From Candidatus Eiseniibacteriota bacterium (GTDB lineage: Bacteria; Eisenbacteria; RBG-16-71-46), in contig OY970342.1 of NCBI GenBank assembly GCA_963717505.1, positions 2,144,001-2,208,000 of the forward strand: a stretch of 64,000 nt of DNA, given 5' to 3'. This document shows, piece after piece, positions 21,882 to 31,786 of this stretch; the first letter of the stretch is position 1; every line of letters begins with the position of its first letter. Both the position numbers and the translations under genes were made by a program. The notes beneath the pieces were generated by a model. The model was given only the letters and a program-made list of their open reading frames with translations. It ran no database searches and had not been told where the DNA came from.

Positions 21882-22361
21882 GTGGCCGACTATCCGATCC
21901 TCTACCGAATCACCCATGTCGTTCGATGCGTGGGCTTCGAAGCCATGGTCGTGATCGACGGTCGAGTCCTCCTGGCTCCGGAGGATGGAGAGTGGTGGTG
22001 TCATGGCGTCGAGCCCGGAGCCCTGACCGAAGGGGGAGTCGCTCCCTTCGTTGCCTTCGAGAAGTTCCGTTCCTCGCTGCGTCATGTGTTGGACGATTTG
22101 GCAGAGGAGTGTCAATCGGTCGAGGAGTTCGAGCTGAGCGCGCGGAAGTTCTTCCATACGGATTCGGTCGAAGAAGTGCGATGGAATCGCGCTTTGGATT
22201 CCGTGCGCGAAGGCATCGCTCTCGAAGAACCGTTCCAGGACATGCAGCGCATGAAACCCCGGCCCTCGGTCCTGACGGTGAAGATGCTGGCGACCTACGC
22301 GGATGTTCCCATGCGTGAGGTCAACGATTCGGAAACCATAGCCCTCCCGACCGCCGCCTGA
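21882..22361 (+). CDS. Hypothetical protein, divergent HicB-like antitoxin
   Basis: AGGAG RBS. EDGEWWCHGVEPGALTEGG..FVAFEKFRSSL resembles the HicB motif EDGxxxAxxPxxPGxxTxGxTxEEAxxN. Confidence 0.55.
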   Translation: MADYPILYRITHVVRCVGFEAMVVIDGRVLLAPEDGEWWCHGVEPGALTEGGVAPFVAFEKFRSSLRHVLDDLAEECQSVEEFELSARKFFHTDSVEEVRWNRALDSVREGIALEEPFQDMQRMKPRPSVLTVKMLATYADVPMREVNDSETIALPTAA

Positions 22362-22373
22362 AGCGAGCATTCC

Positions 22374-22649
22374 TTGGGCGGCCGCGTCGATGTTGCCGAT
22401 GTCGTGCGCATGCTTATGGCTTGTGCCGAGGGTTTCACGACCCGCATCACCAAGCACTCGGTCATGGTTCACTATGGAAACAGAATGGGATTGCTTCCGA
22501 AGGGTCCGGGAATCCCTCGTGATGCGAGTCCGGACGCGCTGAGAGGTGTTGAGGTCGAGCTTGCCAAGGTTCGCAAGCTGGCTCAGAACCTCGGGCTTTC
22601 AAAGGAGTGTGTCGACCAGTTTTTCCCAGGTCTTCTGAGATCGAGCTGA
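22374..22649 (+). CDS. Hypothetical protein, divergent HicA-like toxin
   Basis: About 90 aa. Helix-GF-xxR-xxxH-beta-beta-P...helix (VRKLAQNLGLS) pattern of the dsRBD-like HicA fold. Confidence 0.5.
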   Translation: MGGRVDVADVVRMLMACAEGFTTRITKHSVMVHYGNRMGLLPKGPGIPRDASPDALRGVEVELAKVRKLAQNLGLSKECVDQFFPGLLRSS

Positions 22650-22765
22650 ATCGGCAACCCGCGTCAGCCGCAACGCTTGACCGTCCTCACTTCACTGCTA
22701 ATATCCGCCCTTCCGGTTGGGACCGGTCGCCCGGATGCGGCGCCAGGCCAACCCCTCGACTCCGT

Positions 22766-22841
22766 GGGGATGTAGCTCAGCTGGGAGAGCACCTCGTTCG
22801 CAACGAGGGGGTCGGCGGTTCGAATCCGCTCATCTCCACCA
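22766..22841 (+). tRNA. tRNA-Ala (anticodon CGC)
   Basis: 76 nt, G3:U70 pair, CCTCG-TTCGCAA-CGAGG anticodon arm, CCA end. Confidence 0.96.
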
Positions 22842-22899
22842 TTCTGAAAAAGGCGTTCCTGCGACGTCGCAGTGGAAGCGGCGAAAACAGGCGCAAAGT

Positions 22900-22998
22900 G
22901 GGCCAGGGCCAGCGCAACCCGGACGTGTGAACCCCGTCAGGACCGGAAGGTAGCAGCGGTAAGCAAGGCTTCGGGTGTGCCGCTGATTCCCCTGGCCC
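22900..22998 (+). ncRNA. ffs: Signal recognition particle RNA (4.5S)
   Basis: Conserved GTCAGGACCGGAAGGTAGCAGC domain IV, terminal GGGCCAGGG/CCCTGGCCC stem followed by a T-run, upstream of dnaX. Confidence 0.95.
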
Positions 22999-23028
22999 TT
23001 TACTTTTTGCGGAGGCGGGTCCGACGAC

Positions 23029-24950
23029 ATGGCGCATCGCGCACTGACGCTCAAGTACCGCCCGCAGGTGTTCGCCGACCTGATTGGGCAGGATCACGTC
23101 AGCACCGTCCTGATGCGGGCGATCGAAGGCAACCGCGTCGCCCACGCCTACCTGTTCACCGGGGCGCGCGGCGTCGGCAAGACCACCAGTGCTCGGATCC
23201 TGGCCAAGGCGCTCAACTGCACCACGCGCGCGGCCGGCAAGACCAAAACCGCCGATCCGTGCAACACCTGCACCAGTTGCACCGAGATCACCAGTGGCAT
23301 CTCACTCGACGTCGCCGAGATCGACGGTGCTTCGAACCGCGGCATCGCCGACGTCCAGGCGCTGCGCGAGCGCGTGCGCTTCGCCCCGACCGGCGGGCGC
23401 TACCGCGTCGTGATCATCGACGAAGTTCATCAGCTCTCGAACGACGCGTTCGCCGCACTCTTGAAGACTCTGGAAGAGCCGCCGGCGCACCTGGTGTTCG
23501 TGTTCGCCACCACCGATCCGCAGAAGCTGCCCGAGACCATCCGCTCGCGCTGCCAGCGCTTCGACTTCGCGCGGGTACCGTTGCGCAAGATCGTCGATCG
23601 CCTGGCCGACATTCAGAAACGCGAGGCGGCGGACCCCGAGGGCACGCGCTTCACGCTCACCGAGGCGGCGGCGTTCCTGATCGCCCGCGCCTCGGAAGGC
23701 TCGATGCGCGACGCGGTCGGAGCACTCGACCAGGTGGTGTCGGCCGGCGAGAGAGACTTGAACGAAGAGCTTGTACGCCGCGTGCTTGGCATCCCCGATC
23801 GCGAGGCTTTCTTTGCGATTGCGGGTGCGATCGTCGGGCGCAATCCCGCCGAGGCACTGCAGGCCTTGCACAGGGCATTCGAGAAAGGGCATCGACGCGC
23901 GCGAGCTGGCCGACGGGTTGGCCGAGCACATTCGCCATTTGCTGGTGCTTCGGGTCGATCCCGAGGGCGAGGAGCTGATTCCTGCGAGCCGCGAGGAGAT
24001 CGTGCGCCTGCGCGAGCAGGGCTCGGGCTGGACGGAAGGCGACCTGCTGCGGCTGCTCAAGCTGATCTCCGAAACGCCCCAGGTCATGAAAGACAGCCCG
24101 CAGCCGCTGGTTCATCTCGAGGCCGCGGTCATGCAGATGGCGACCCTCGAGCCGGGCGAGACCCTGGCGCAGATCCTCGAGCGTCTCGAGCAGCTCGAGC
24201 GCCGCCTGGGTGGGGCGCCATCGACACCGTCGCGCCCGGCGCCCGACCGCGCGCCGTCATCCGGTGGTCCGACGCCGCGCGCCCGCTCGAACGAGATGGC
24301 CACCGTCACGCGCACGGCCGCTGCACCTTCAGCTCCGGTTTCAGCACCCCCGCGTACGCCGGTCGAGACCCCGATGCGCGCCGAGGCTCCGATGCGCGCC
24401 GAGGCTCCGATGCGCGCCGAAACTCCGATGCGTGCCATAGCCGACACCTCGATCCTCGCGATGGTCGAGAGCGCCACGGCGACCGCCGTGCTCGAGGTCG
24501 AGCCTGAGATCGGTTCCCGAAGTCGCGCCGACTCCGGCGACGCCGCGGCCCGCTGGCTGCAGGTCATTCAAAGCATAAATTCTCGTAAGCGCATGCTCGG
24601 CGCATTTCTAGAAGAAAGTCGTTTCGGCGGCATGAACGGCGCCGAAGTTCTGCTCGAGACCGACGACCTGCACGCGAATGTGATTGACGAGAAAGAAAAC
24701 CGTGCGCTGGTGATCGAGGCCCTCACGCAGCGTGTTCGGCGTGAACGTCGCGTTCCGCTGCGTGCGCCCGGGAAGCCCGATCGCGCGCCCGATCGCGACC
24801 AATGCCGATGTCCGGCCGATGATCGAGGAGGCGATCCGCTTCTTCGACGGCGTGCCGATCGAAGTCGAAGCGACCCGCACCGAACCGCAGCGCACCGGCG
24901 CCTCCCGCGCCGGGGGCTGGGGCGGTCGAAAGGAGAGATCCGGCGGATGA
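23029..24950 (+). CDS. dnaX: DNA polymerase III subunit gamma/tau (frameshifts near 23888 and 24730)
   Basis: LKYRPQ.F..LIGQ, GARGVGKTT, zinc-binding cysteines, IIDEVH and SRCQ. Located in the ffs-dnaX-ybaB-recR cluster. Confidence 0.95.
24365..24436 (+). repeat. 4 x 18-bp tandem repeat in the dnaX linker (E[T/A]PMRA)
   Basis: GAG(A/G)C(C/T)CCGATGCGCGCC-like units, in frame. Confidence 0.9.
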
Positions 24951-25253
24951 AAAGTTTCGGCGACATGGTCAAACACGCCCAGAAACTTCAGAAGCAAATG
25001 AAAGAGCTTCAGGACCAGTTCAAAGAAGATCGCTACGAAGCCAGCGCCGGCGGCGGCATCGTGTCAGGTGGTGGTCGACGGCAAGCAGATGCTGGTCGAG
25101 ATCAAGATCCAGCCCGCGGCCCTGAAGGACGGCGACGTCGAGCTGCTCGAGGACTTGATCGTGACCGCGATCGGCGAGGCCCAGCGCACCTCCGAAGAGA
25201 ACATGAACGAGGCCCTCAAGAAGATCTCCGGCGGCTTCGGGCCGATGTTCTAG
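24947..25253 (+). CDS. ybaB: YbaB/EbfC nucleoid-associated protein (frameshift near 25065)
   Basis: MVKHAQKLQKQM...ASAGGGIV...DVELLEDLIVTA, positioned between dnaX and recR. Confidence 0.92.
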
Positions 25254-25272
25254 AAGTACCCGGCGCCCCCGC

Positions 25273-25872
25273 ATGTACAGCTCGAGATACCTGGAGCTCC
25301 TGATCGAGGAGCTGGTGAAGCTGCCGACTATTGGTCAAAAGTCCGCCCAGCGCCTGGCGCTCCATCTGCTGCGCGCTCCCAAGGAGGAGGCGCTCAGGCT
25401 GGCCGAGGCGATCCGCGCGCTGCGCGAGCACGTCGGCTTCTGCGGCACCTGCGGCAACTTCAGCGAGACCGACCCGTGCGCGATCTGCACCGACTCGCGC
25501 CGCGACGCGACACTGGTGTGCGTGGTCGAGCAGCCGGGCGACGTGATCGCGCTCGAGCGCACCGGGCAGTTCCGCGGCAAGTATCACGTGCTGGGCGGGG
25601 CGCTGGCGCCGCTCGAGGGTACACATCCGGATCAGTTGCGCATTCGAGAATTATTGGTTCGACTCAATGACGGCTCAGTCAAAGAAATTATTCTGGCGAC
25701 CAATCCCAACGTCGCCGGAGAAGCGACGGCGCTTTACTTGTCTAAGCTACTGCAACCTATGGGACTGAAAGTCACGCGTATCGCCCGTGGCGTGCCCATG
25801 GGCTCGGACCTCGAGTACTCGGACCTGGTGACTCTGGCGCGCGCCCTCGAAGGCCGGCGCGAAGTGGACTAG
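25273..25872 (+). CDS. recR: Recombination mediator RecR
   Basis: LPTIGQKSAQRLA HhH, C4 zinc finger, CVVE TOPRIM, ARGVPMG. Confidence 0.97.
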   Translation: MYSSRYLELLIEELVKLPTIGQKSAQRLALHLLRAPKEEALRLAEAIRALREHVGFCGTCGNFSETDPCAICTDSRRDATLVCVVEQPGDVIALERTGQFRGKYHVLGGALAPLEGTHPDQLRIRELLVRLNDGSVKEIILATNPNVAGEATALYLSKLLQPMGLKVTRIARGVPMGSDLEYSDLVTLARALEGRREVD

Positions 25873-25890
25873 CGGCCACGCCGCCGCGCC

Positions 25891-27017
25891 ATGGACCCCT
25901 ACGTAGCAGACTTACTGAGAATCGCCGGCGTACTGGTGCTGGTCGCACTGAACGGCGTGTTCGTGGCCGCCGAGTTCGCGCTGGTCTCGGTGCGCTGGAC
26001 GCGGGTCGAGGAGATGGTCGAGGAGGGCAAGTTCGGCGCGCTCGCGGTGCGCGAAGCGGTCGAGAACCTCGACGACGCGATCGCCGCGGCACAGCTCGGG
26101 ATCACCCTCGCGAGCATCGCGCTTGGCTGGCTGGGCGAGCCGGCGATCGCGCACCTGCTCACGCCGGTGTTCTGCCGCGATTCCGGCGCCGTGGAGTGCC
26201 GCGGTGACCCACGGCATCGCGATCGCCGTGGCTTACTTGCTACATGACTTACTTGCATGTCGTTCTTGGCGAGCAGGCTCCCAAAGCCGTCGCGATCCAG
26301 CGTGCCGAAGCCGTGGCGCTGCTGGTCACCGGCCCGCTCATGCTGTTCAGCCGGTTCTCGAGGCCTTTTATCTGGGCCATACGAGAATCCAGCAACTTGG
26401 TCATTCGGCTCCTGCGCCTTCCGCCGCTCAAGACTCACGAAAAAGTTCATTCGGTCGAAGAGCTGGCCATGCTGGTCGAAGAGACCGAGGAAGCCGGCGT
26501 GCTGCCCGCCGAAGAAGCGACCTTCGTACGCAACGTGTTCGAGCTGTCCGACAAGACCGTACGCGACGTCATGGTGCCCCGCGAAAAAGTCGTCACCGTG
26601 GCCTTGAATGCCTCCGAAGACGAAGTCCTGGCCACCGCCCGCGATACCGCGCACACGCGCATGCCGGTGTGGGAGAGTAATCCCGATCACATTGTTGGAA
26701 TAGTTAATACCAAAGACCTGTTTCACTTGTTTAGCTTGAGAGGCATAGTAATACTTATGGACGCGATCTATCCGCCGGTGTTCATCCGGCCCGAGAACCG
26801 CGTGGCCGACCTGCTGCGCACGTTCAAGCGCGAGAAGCGCCAGATGGCGGTGGTCCGTGACGATCACGAACATTTCCTTGGCATCGTGACTCTGGAAGAT
26901 ATCCTGGAAGAAATCGTGGGCGAGATCGAAGACGAGCACGACTTTCCACGTTCGGCGTCGCGCAGCCACATGAAGCCTGGTGGGACGCCGGCGCCGCCTG
27001 CGCCGACCAAGCTGTGA
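25891..27017 (+). CDS. Hemolysin-family CNNM/CBS domain protein (frameshifts near 26175 and 26240)
   Basis: NGVFVAAEFALVS, QLGIT, HVVLGEQAPK, CBS pair and GIVTLEDILEEIVGEI. Confidence 0.92.
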
Positions 27018-27693
27018 GCGACGAGGAACCCGACCCAGGCGGGCCGTCTGTGCCCACAAGCGACCCCGGCACGACGCCCGCTCAACCGAGAAGTTCCGTC
27101 GGGCCGCTGGTCCGACTGGGTATCCCGATGGTCGTGCTCCTCGCCCTCGGCTGGTGGATCTACCAGAAACCAGATCCCGTGCCGCAAGAGTCTGGCGATC
27201 CGGTGCCCTTTGTCGCCGACTCGGACACCGCCTCGTGGGATTCGGTCGCCTCTTCGGTCACGCTGGTCGATGCGTCGGAGCCCGGAACGCCATTGGTGAT
27301 CTACGGGCAGGTGTTCGCCGCCGATGGTCAGGTGATTCGCAAGGCGCAGATTCTCGTCTACCACGCCGACGCCAGTGGCGAGTACGGCACGAGCCCCAAG
27401 ACGCAATGGGCAAGGCTCTCGGGCCGGCTCAAGACCGATTCGCTCGGTCGCTACCTGGTCCATACGGTGAGACCCGGATCGTCAGGCGGGCCGGCGCACG
27501 TTCACTTCGCGATTGGCCGTGCGTGGAAGGCGCAGGAGGCCTTCGAGCTGCGCTTCGCGGACGATCGCCAGAGCTCGGCGTCAAGATTCCCGGCCTTGGG
27601 GCTGCCGACACCGGCACGTTCGCCACCGTGCGCGGCGTGGTTCGCGAGCCGAGCGGGGTGCTGCGGGTCAGGCGGGATTTCAGGCTGCCGTAG
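27014..27693 (+). CDS. Membrane-anchored intradiol-dioxygenase-like protein, copy 1 (frameshift near 27570-27600)
   Basis: TM helix, then PLVIYGQV, YHADASGEY, TDSLGRY..TVRPG and PAHVH. Confidence 0.7.
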
Positions 27694-27790
27694 TCGGTCG
27701 TCCCGACCCGGTGTCCGCGCGCAATTCTCCGGGTGCGCTTTCCACCCGTCGAGCGATATGCTTATGGGCGACGCACCTGCTGGAGGCGCC

Positions 27791-28886
27791 ATGTTGCCGC
27801 ACTGCCACTATTCCCGCCCGCGTTTCGCTCGAGTCTTGTGGATCCTGCTGAGCCTCGCGCTCGTGTGCGCCTCGTCGCCCGTCCATGCCTACACATTGGA
27901 CGTGAACGTCCTGGGCTTGGGAACTGTCGCGAAGGCTCCGGATAAGGCGTCGTACGACCCTGGCACCACGGTCGTGCTGACCGCGACGGCGGCTGAGTGT
28001 TGGTCGTTCACGGCCTGGAGCGGCGATGCCAGTGGCATCGCCAACCCGTATGCGCTGACGATGGACGAAGACAAGGCCATCACCGCGATTATTCACGATC
28101 AAGAAATTTACTCTGAACATAAACTTAACTGGCTGTGGCACGGTGGTGAAAGTGCCGGACCGCCCGATCTATGACTGCGGCACCGTGGTCCAGCTGATCG
28201 TGGTCCCATGCCGGGCTGGAATTTCCACACGTGGAGCGGTGACGTGAGCGGCTCCACCAATCCGATTGAGCTGGTGATGAATCGCAACTGGACTATCACG
28301 GCGGCCATTGACGTTGTGACTGCTGTTCTGGTGGCGCGCTTCGATGCCGAAGCTGTCGACGGCGCGATCGAGGTCCGTTGGGAGCTGAACGGTGTCGAAG
28401 CGACGTCTGCTCAGCTCGAACGCGCGCTCGACCAGCAGGGACCGTGGACGGCGGCGAGCGTGGAGGCCCACCTCGAGGGATCGCTCATGGTTGCGCGCGA
28501 CCGTTCGGTCGAGCCGGGACGCGAGTACTGGTACCGGCTGGCTGTCACGATTCCGGGAGCCGGAACGGTTCGGTTTGGGCCGATCCACAGCGGCGGGGAT
28601 GGCGGCGGTCGAGGAGTTCGAACTGTCGTCGATTGCGCCTAACCCGTCGTTCGGGCCGGCCACGGTGCGGTTCGCAATCGCGCAGGAGGCGCGGGTGAGC
28701 ATTGCGGTGGTCGACGTCCAGGGGCGGCTGGTCGCCACGCTGATCGACGGTCCCATGGCGCCGGGTCGCTACCAGGCAGCCTGGGATGGACGGAGCGCGA
28801 ACGGCCCGGCTTCGGCGGGTGTCTACTTCGCGCGTATGAGCGCTGGCCGGTTCACCAAAGTGCAGCGCTTCGTACTCACACGCTGA
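27791..28886 (+). CDS. Secreted protein with InlB-B/Flg_new-type repeats and FlgD-Ig-like C-terminal domain (several frameshifts)
   Basis: GGAGG RBS, signal peptide, two YTL.V...F..WSGD.SG..NP repeats, CTD VDVQGRLVATL...GVYFARM. Confidence 0.8.
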
Positions 28887-29120
28887 GGTCGCATCTCCGG
28901 GACGCCCGGATCAGATCGCACCTATCGCCCGGTCCTGGTGACCGGGCGATGGCTTTGGGGCCGCGAGGAATTGAACTTCTTCAGGGCGGGAGCAATGCGC
29001 CGATAAACCAGTCGAAGAAGTGGGTCGCCGATACGGACCCGGCGTCGAGCACCACTTCGGCTGTGGTGCCTGGCCAAAAGCGACCTTCCGGGCCCGCGTT
29101 TCGAAGGGAGGAACGTCCTC

Positions 29121-29744
29121 ATGTCGAACGGCAATCCCGACGCCACTCGCATCCTGCTGCGCGTGGGTGCGCCCCTGGTGGTGCTGACTGGTGGTCGGTT
29201 GGACTATGGGACACAGGCTTGGACTGACGTCGAGAGCCGAAAGCCGGTCCATGGTCAGCGCTAAGCAGACGCACGAGCATGCGAATGAGTTCATGTGGAG
29301 TCGCTGCCGACGAGCTGTCGCTGGTGGACGACACAGAACCTGGGACCCGCTCGTGATCTACGGTCAGGTGTTCGGGCCGGATGGCGAAGTGGTGCCGGGT
29401 GCCCGCATCACGATTTCGCATGCCGACGCCAGCGGCGAATACGGGAAGAGCGCGACGAATCCGACATGGCCTCGGCTCTCGGGAGTGCTCGGTACCGACG
29501 CGAATGGCCGCTACGAAGTGCACACGGTGAAGCCGGGAACGAGCGACGAGCCGCCGCACGTGCACATCGCGGTCGGCAGGCCGGGAGGCGCGGACGAAGT
29601 GTTCGAGATCAAGTTCGCGGCAGACTGGAAGGACGTGACGCCCGCCGGGGCGCCGGCCGACACGAGACGTTTGGGACGATGCGCCCGGAGACGCTGGATG
29701 CTCATGGTGTGATCCACGTGCAGAGAGACTTCAGGCTGAAGTAG
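29121..29744 (+). CDS. Intradiol-dioxygenase-like protein, copy 2 (frameshifted)
   Basis: GGAGG RBS, PLVIYGQV, HADASGEY, TDANGRY..TVKPG, PPHVH and C-terminal RDFRL shared with copy 1. Confidence 0.68.
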
Positions 29745-30126
29745 TGGGACGGTGCGGTCGGTCTTGGATCAGACGTCGGGATCCGTCGTGTGCGGCGCGC
29801 ACCACGGCCCTCGAGCTGTGACCATGGTTGCTGGCGCGAGTGGCACCTATGTGCCCGGTCTTGAAAAAAAGTTCTTGACTAGCTTTTGAGGTGGCAGTGC
29901 CGAGACATCGCTGATGGCGCCTGGACGTCGCTCTTGCGCGCGCAGGATGCGCGCTGCCTCGCGATAATCGCCGTCACGAAAGAAATTTCATGAAGCCGTG
30001 ATTCGTGCGTCGACCGGGGCTCACAGAGAGCCGACAACGCGCGTGCGATAATGTGTGTGTCCCAACGGGCCGGATCGCAGATCCGGCCGCAGCAGCAAGC
30101 GCGCCCCCGAAGAAAGAGTTGTCGTC

Positions 30127-31374
30127 ATGCGCGCGTATTCCTGCAAGGGCCTCAACAATCGTGAGGTCCTGGAGAAGCTCTGCGAGCAAGCTGGCCCAGA
30201 ATCGTGGAAACACGGCCGAGATACTGGCCCTGATCGCCGAGGCCGAAACCCGCCGGCTCTTCGTACCGGCCGGCTATCCGTCGATGTACGAGTACTGCGT
30301 CCGGGAACTGCACATGTCGGAGCACGAGGCCCTGCTGCGAATCCGGGCGGCCCGGGCAGCTCGGCAGCATCCGGCGATCTTCGGCGCGATCGCCGCAGGG
30401 TCGGCTGCATCTGACGGCCGTGGTCTTGCTCAAGCCGTGCCTGACCCGCGACAACGCCCACGAACTGATCGCCGCCGCCACACACAAGACCAAGGCCGAG
30501 ATCGAGCTGCTGCTGGCCCAGCGCTTCCCGGGGCGGGACCTGCCCAGCCGGATCCGGGCTATCGCTCCGTCGCCGGCGACGAACGGTCAACTCGCTCCAG
30601 AACGAGTTGATGAACGGGGTGGCCGCCGGCGAACTCGCTCCAGAACGAGTTGGGACGCAGGCCGGTGAACTAGCTTCAGAACGAGTTACGACTGGCCAAC
30701 TAGCTCCAGAACGAGTTGAGACGCCGGCCGGGGAACTAGTTCCAGAACGAGTTATGCCAGCAGGCCAACTAGCTCCAGAACGAGTTACGAACGGTGAACT
30801 AGCGCCAGAACGAGTTGAGATGTCGGCCGGCCAACTAGTTCCAGAACGAGTTGCCGAGCCCTATCCCAGGGTGAAGCCATTGTCGCCGCAGCGTTTCGGG
30901 ATCCAGTTCACCATCGACCAGGCGACCCACGACGACCTGCGCTGCGTCCAGGCGCTGCTCGGCCACCAGGTTCCTTCAGGGGATTTGGCCCAAGTGTTCG
31001 CTCGGGCGCTCAAGGCGCTCAAGAAGGAGCTCGAAAAGAGCAAACTTGCGGCGACCGACCGGCCGTGCGCGAAGCCCAGGCCTGCCACCAACAAGCGCAC
31101 GATTCCAGCGCACGTGAAACGCGCCGTCAGAGAGCGCGACGGAGACCAGTGCAGCTTCGTGGGCACCAAGGGCAATCGATGCCCGGCGCATGGTCGGCTC
31201 GAATTTGATCATATCGAGCCTGTCGCAAGGGGCGGCGAGTCGACGGTGGAGAACCTGAGGCTACGCTGCCGAACGCATAACCAGTACGAGGCGGAACAGG
31301 TGTTCGGCGACGGATTCATGCACCAGAAGCGCGAAGCCGCGCGGAGCGTGGCGCAGGTTTGGCACCCCGTGTAG
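30127..31374 (+). CDS. HNH endonuclease with DUF222-like N-terminal helical domain and repeat-containing linker (at least 3 frameshifts)
   Basis: N-terminal LIAEAETRRLF..GYPSMYEYC and C-terminal VRERDGDQC...C...LEFDHIEPVARGG.STVENLRLRCRTHN. Confidence 0.88.
30589..30852. repeat. Array of 8 near-palindromic 20-bp repeats AACT(C/A)G(C/T)NNCAGAACGAGTT inside the HNH gene
   Basis: Copies start at 30589, 30632, 30668, 30698, 30734, 30767, 30797 and 30833. Spacers are 23, 16, 10, 16, 13, 10 and 16 bp. Confidence 0.95.
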
Positions 31375-31375
31375 C

Positions 31376-31652
31376 TCAACCCACGTGGCGCTTGAGCAAC
31401 ATGTCCATGGCCTCGATCGAGAACTTGTTCAGCCCGATGATGTGCGCCTTCGCTCGGAACGGCGGAGGCACCGTCATGCGCGCCTCTTCCTTGGTGTCGC
31501 ACTCGATCACGATCCAGGCGCGATGGTCGCCATCCATGCAGCCAAAGTCAGCATGGGTCAGAATGAGAGCGAGTCCGAGCAGGACTTTCGACGGCCCGGG
31601 CGCACGCGATAGTCTCGGCTTCGTGCGGGACTTCGATCATGAATCTAGCCAT
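31376..31652 (-). CDS. Small hypothetical protein (frameshifted, absent from the ORF track)
   Basis: AGGAG RBS. Manual translation MARFMIEVPHEAETIACARAVE...LTHADFGCMDGDHRAWIVIECDTKEEARMTVPPPFRAKAHIIGLNKF. Confidence 0.65.
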
Positions 31653-31786
31653 AGTGACTTCTCCTGTTGAAGAGCCGAACTCAGTGCGGCCAGGATACGT
31701 CCGCGGCCGGGCCGCAAACAAAGCGTGTTCTGGGGCGCCAGCTCAGGAAGGCTACGGCCCGGATCGCCCCGCCGCTTCGACCCGCG

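Noticed and set aside
16441-22841. tRNA-anchored integrative element or prophage
   Set aside because: No integrase or phage genes, and no duplicated tRNA 3' end (att) found by eye. The two tRNA-Ser genes are complete and have different anticodons.
22842-22899. Possible Alu domain of a large SRP RNA, including the palindrome CTGCGACGTCGCAG (22859-22872)
   Set aside because: The SRP stem closes at 22900/22998 and is followed by a T-run and dnaX, leaving no 3' strand for a large SRP.
23880-23895. Programmed dnaX frameshift (gamma/tau) at GAGAAAGGGC
   Set aside because: It falls near residue 287, inside domain III, which gamma also needs. It is not an A-AAA-AAG or poly-A slippery site, and neighbouring genes show similar indel errors.
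30589-30852. CRISPR array interpretation of the 8 palindromic repeats
   Set aside because: Spacers are only 10-23 bp, resemble one another, keep the reading frame inside a CDS, and no cas genes are present.
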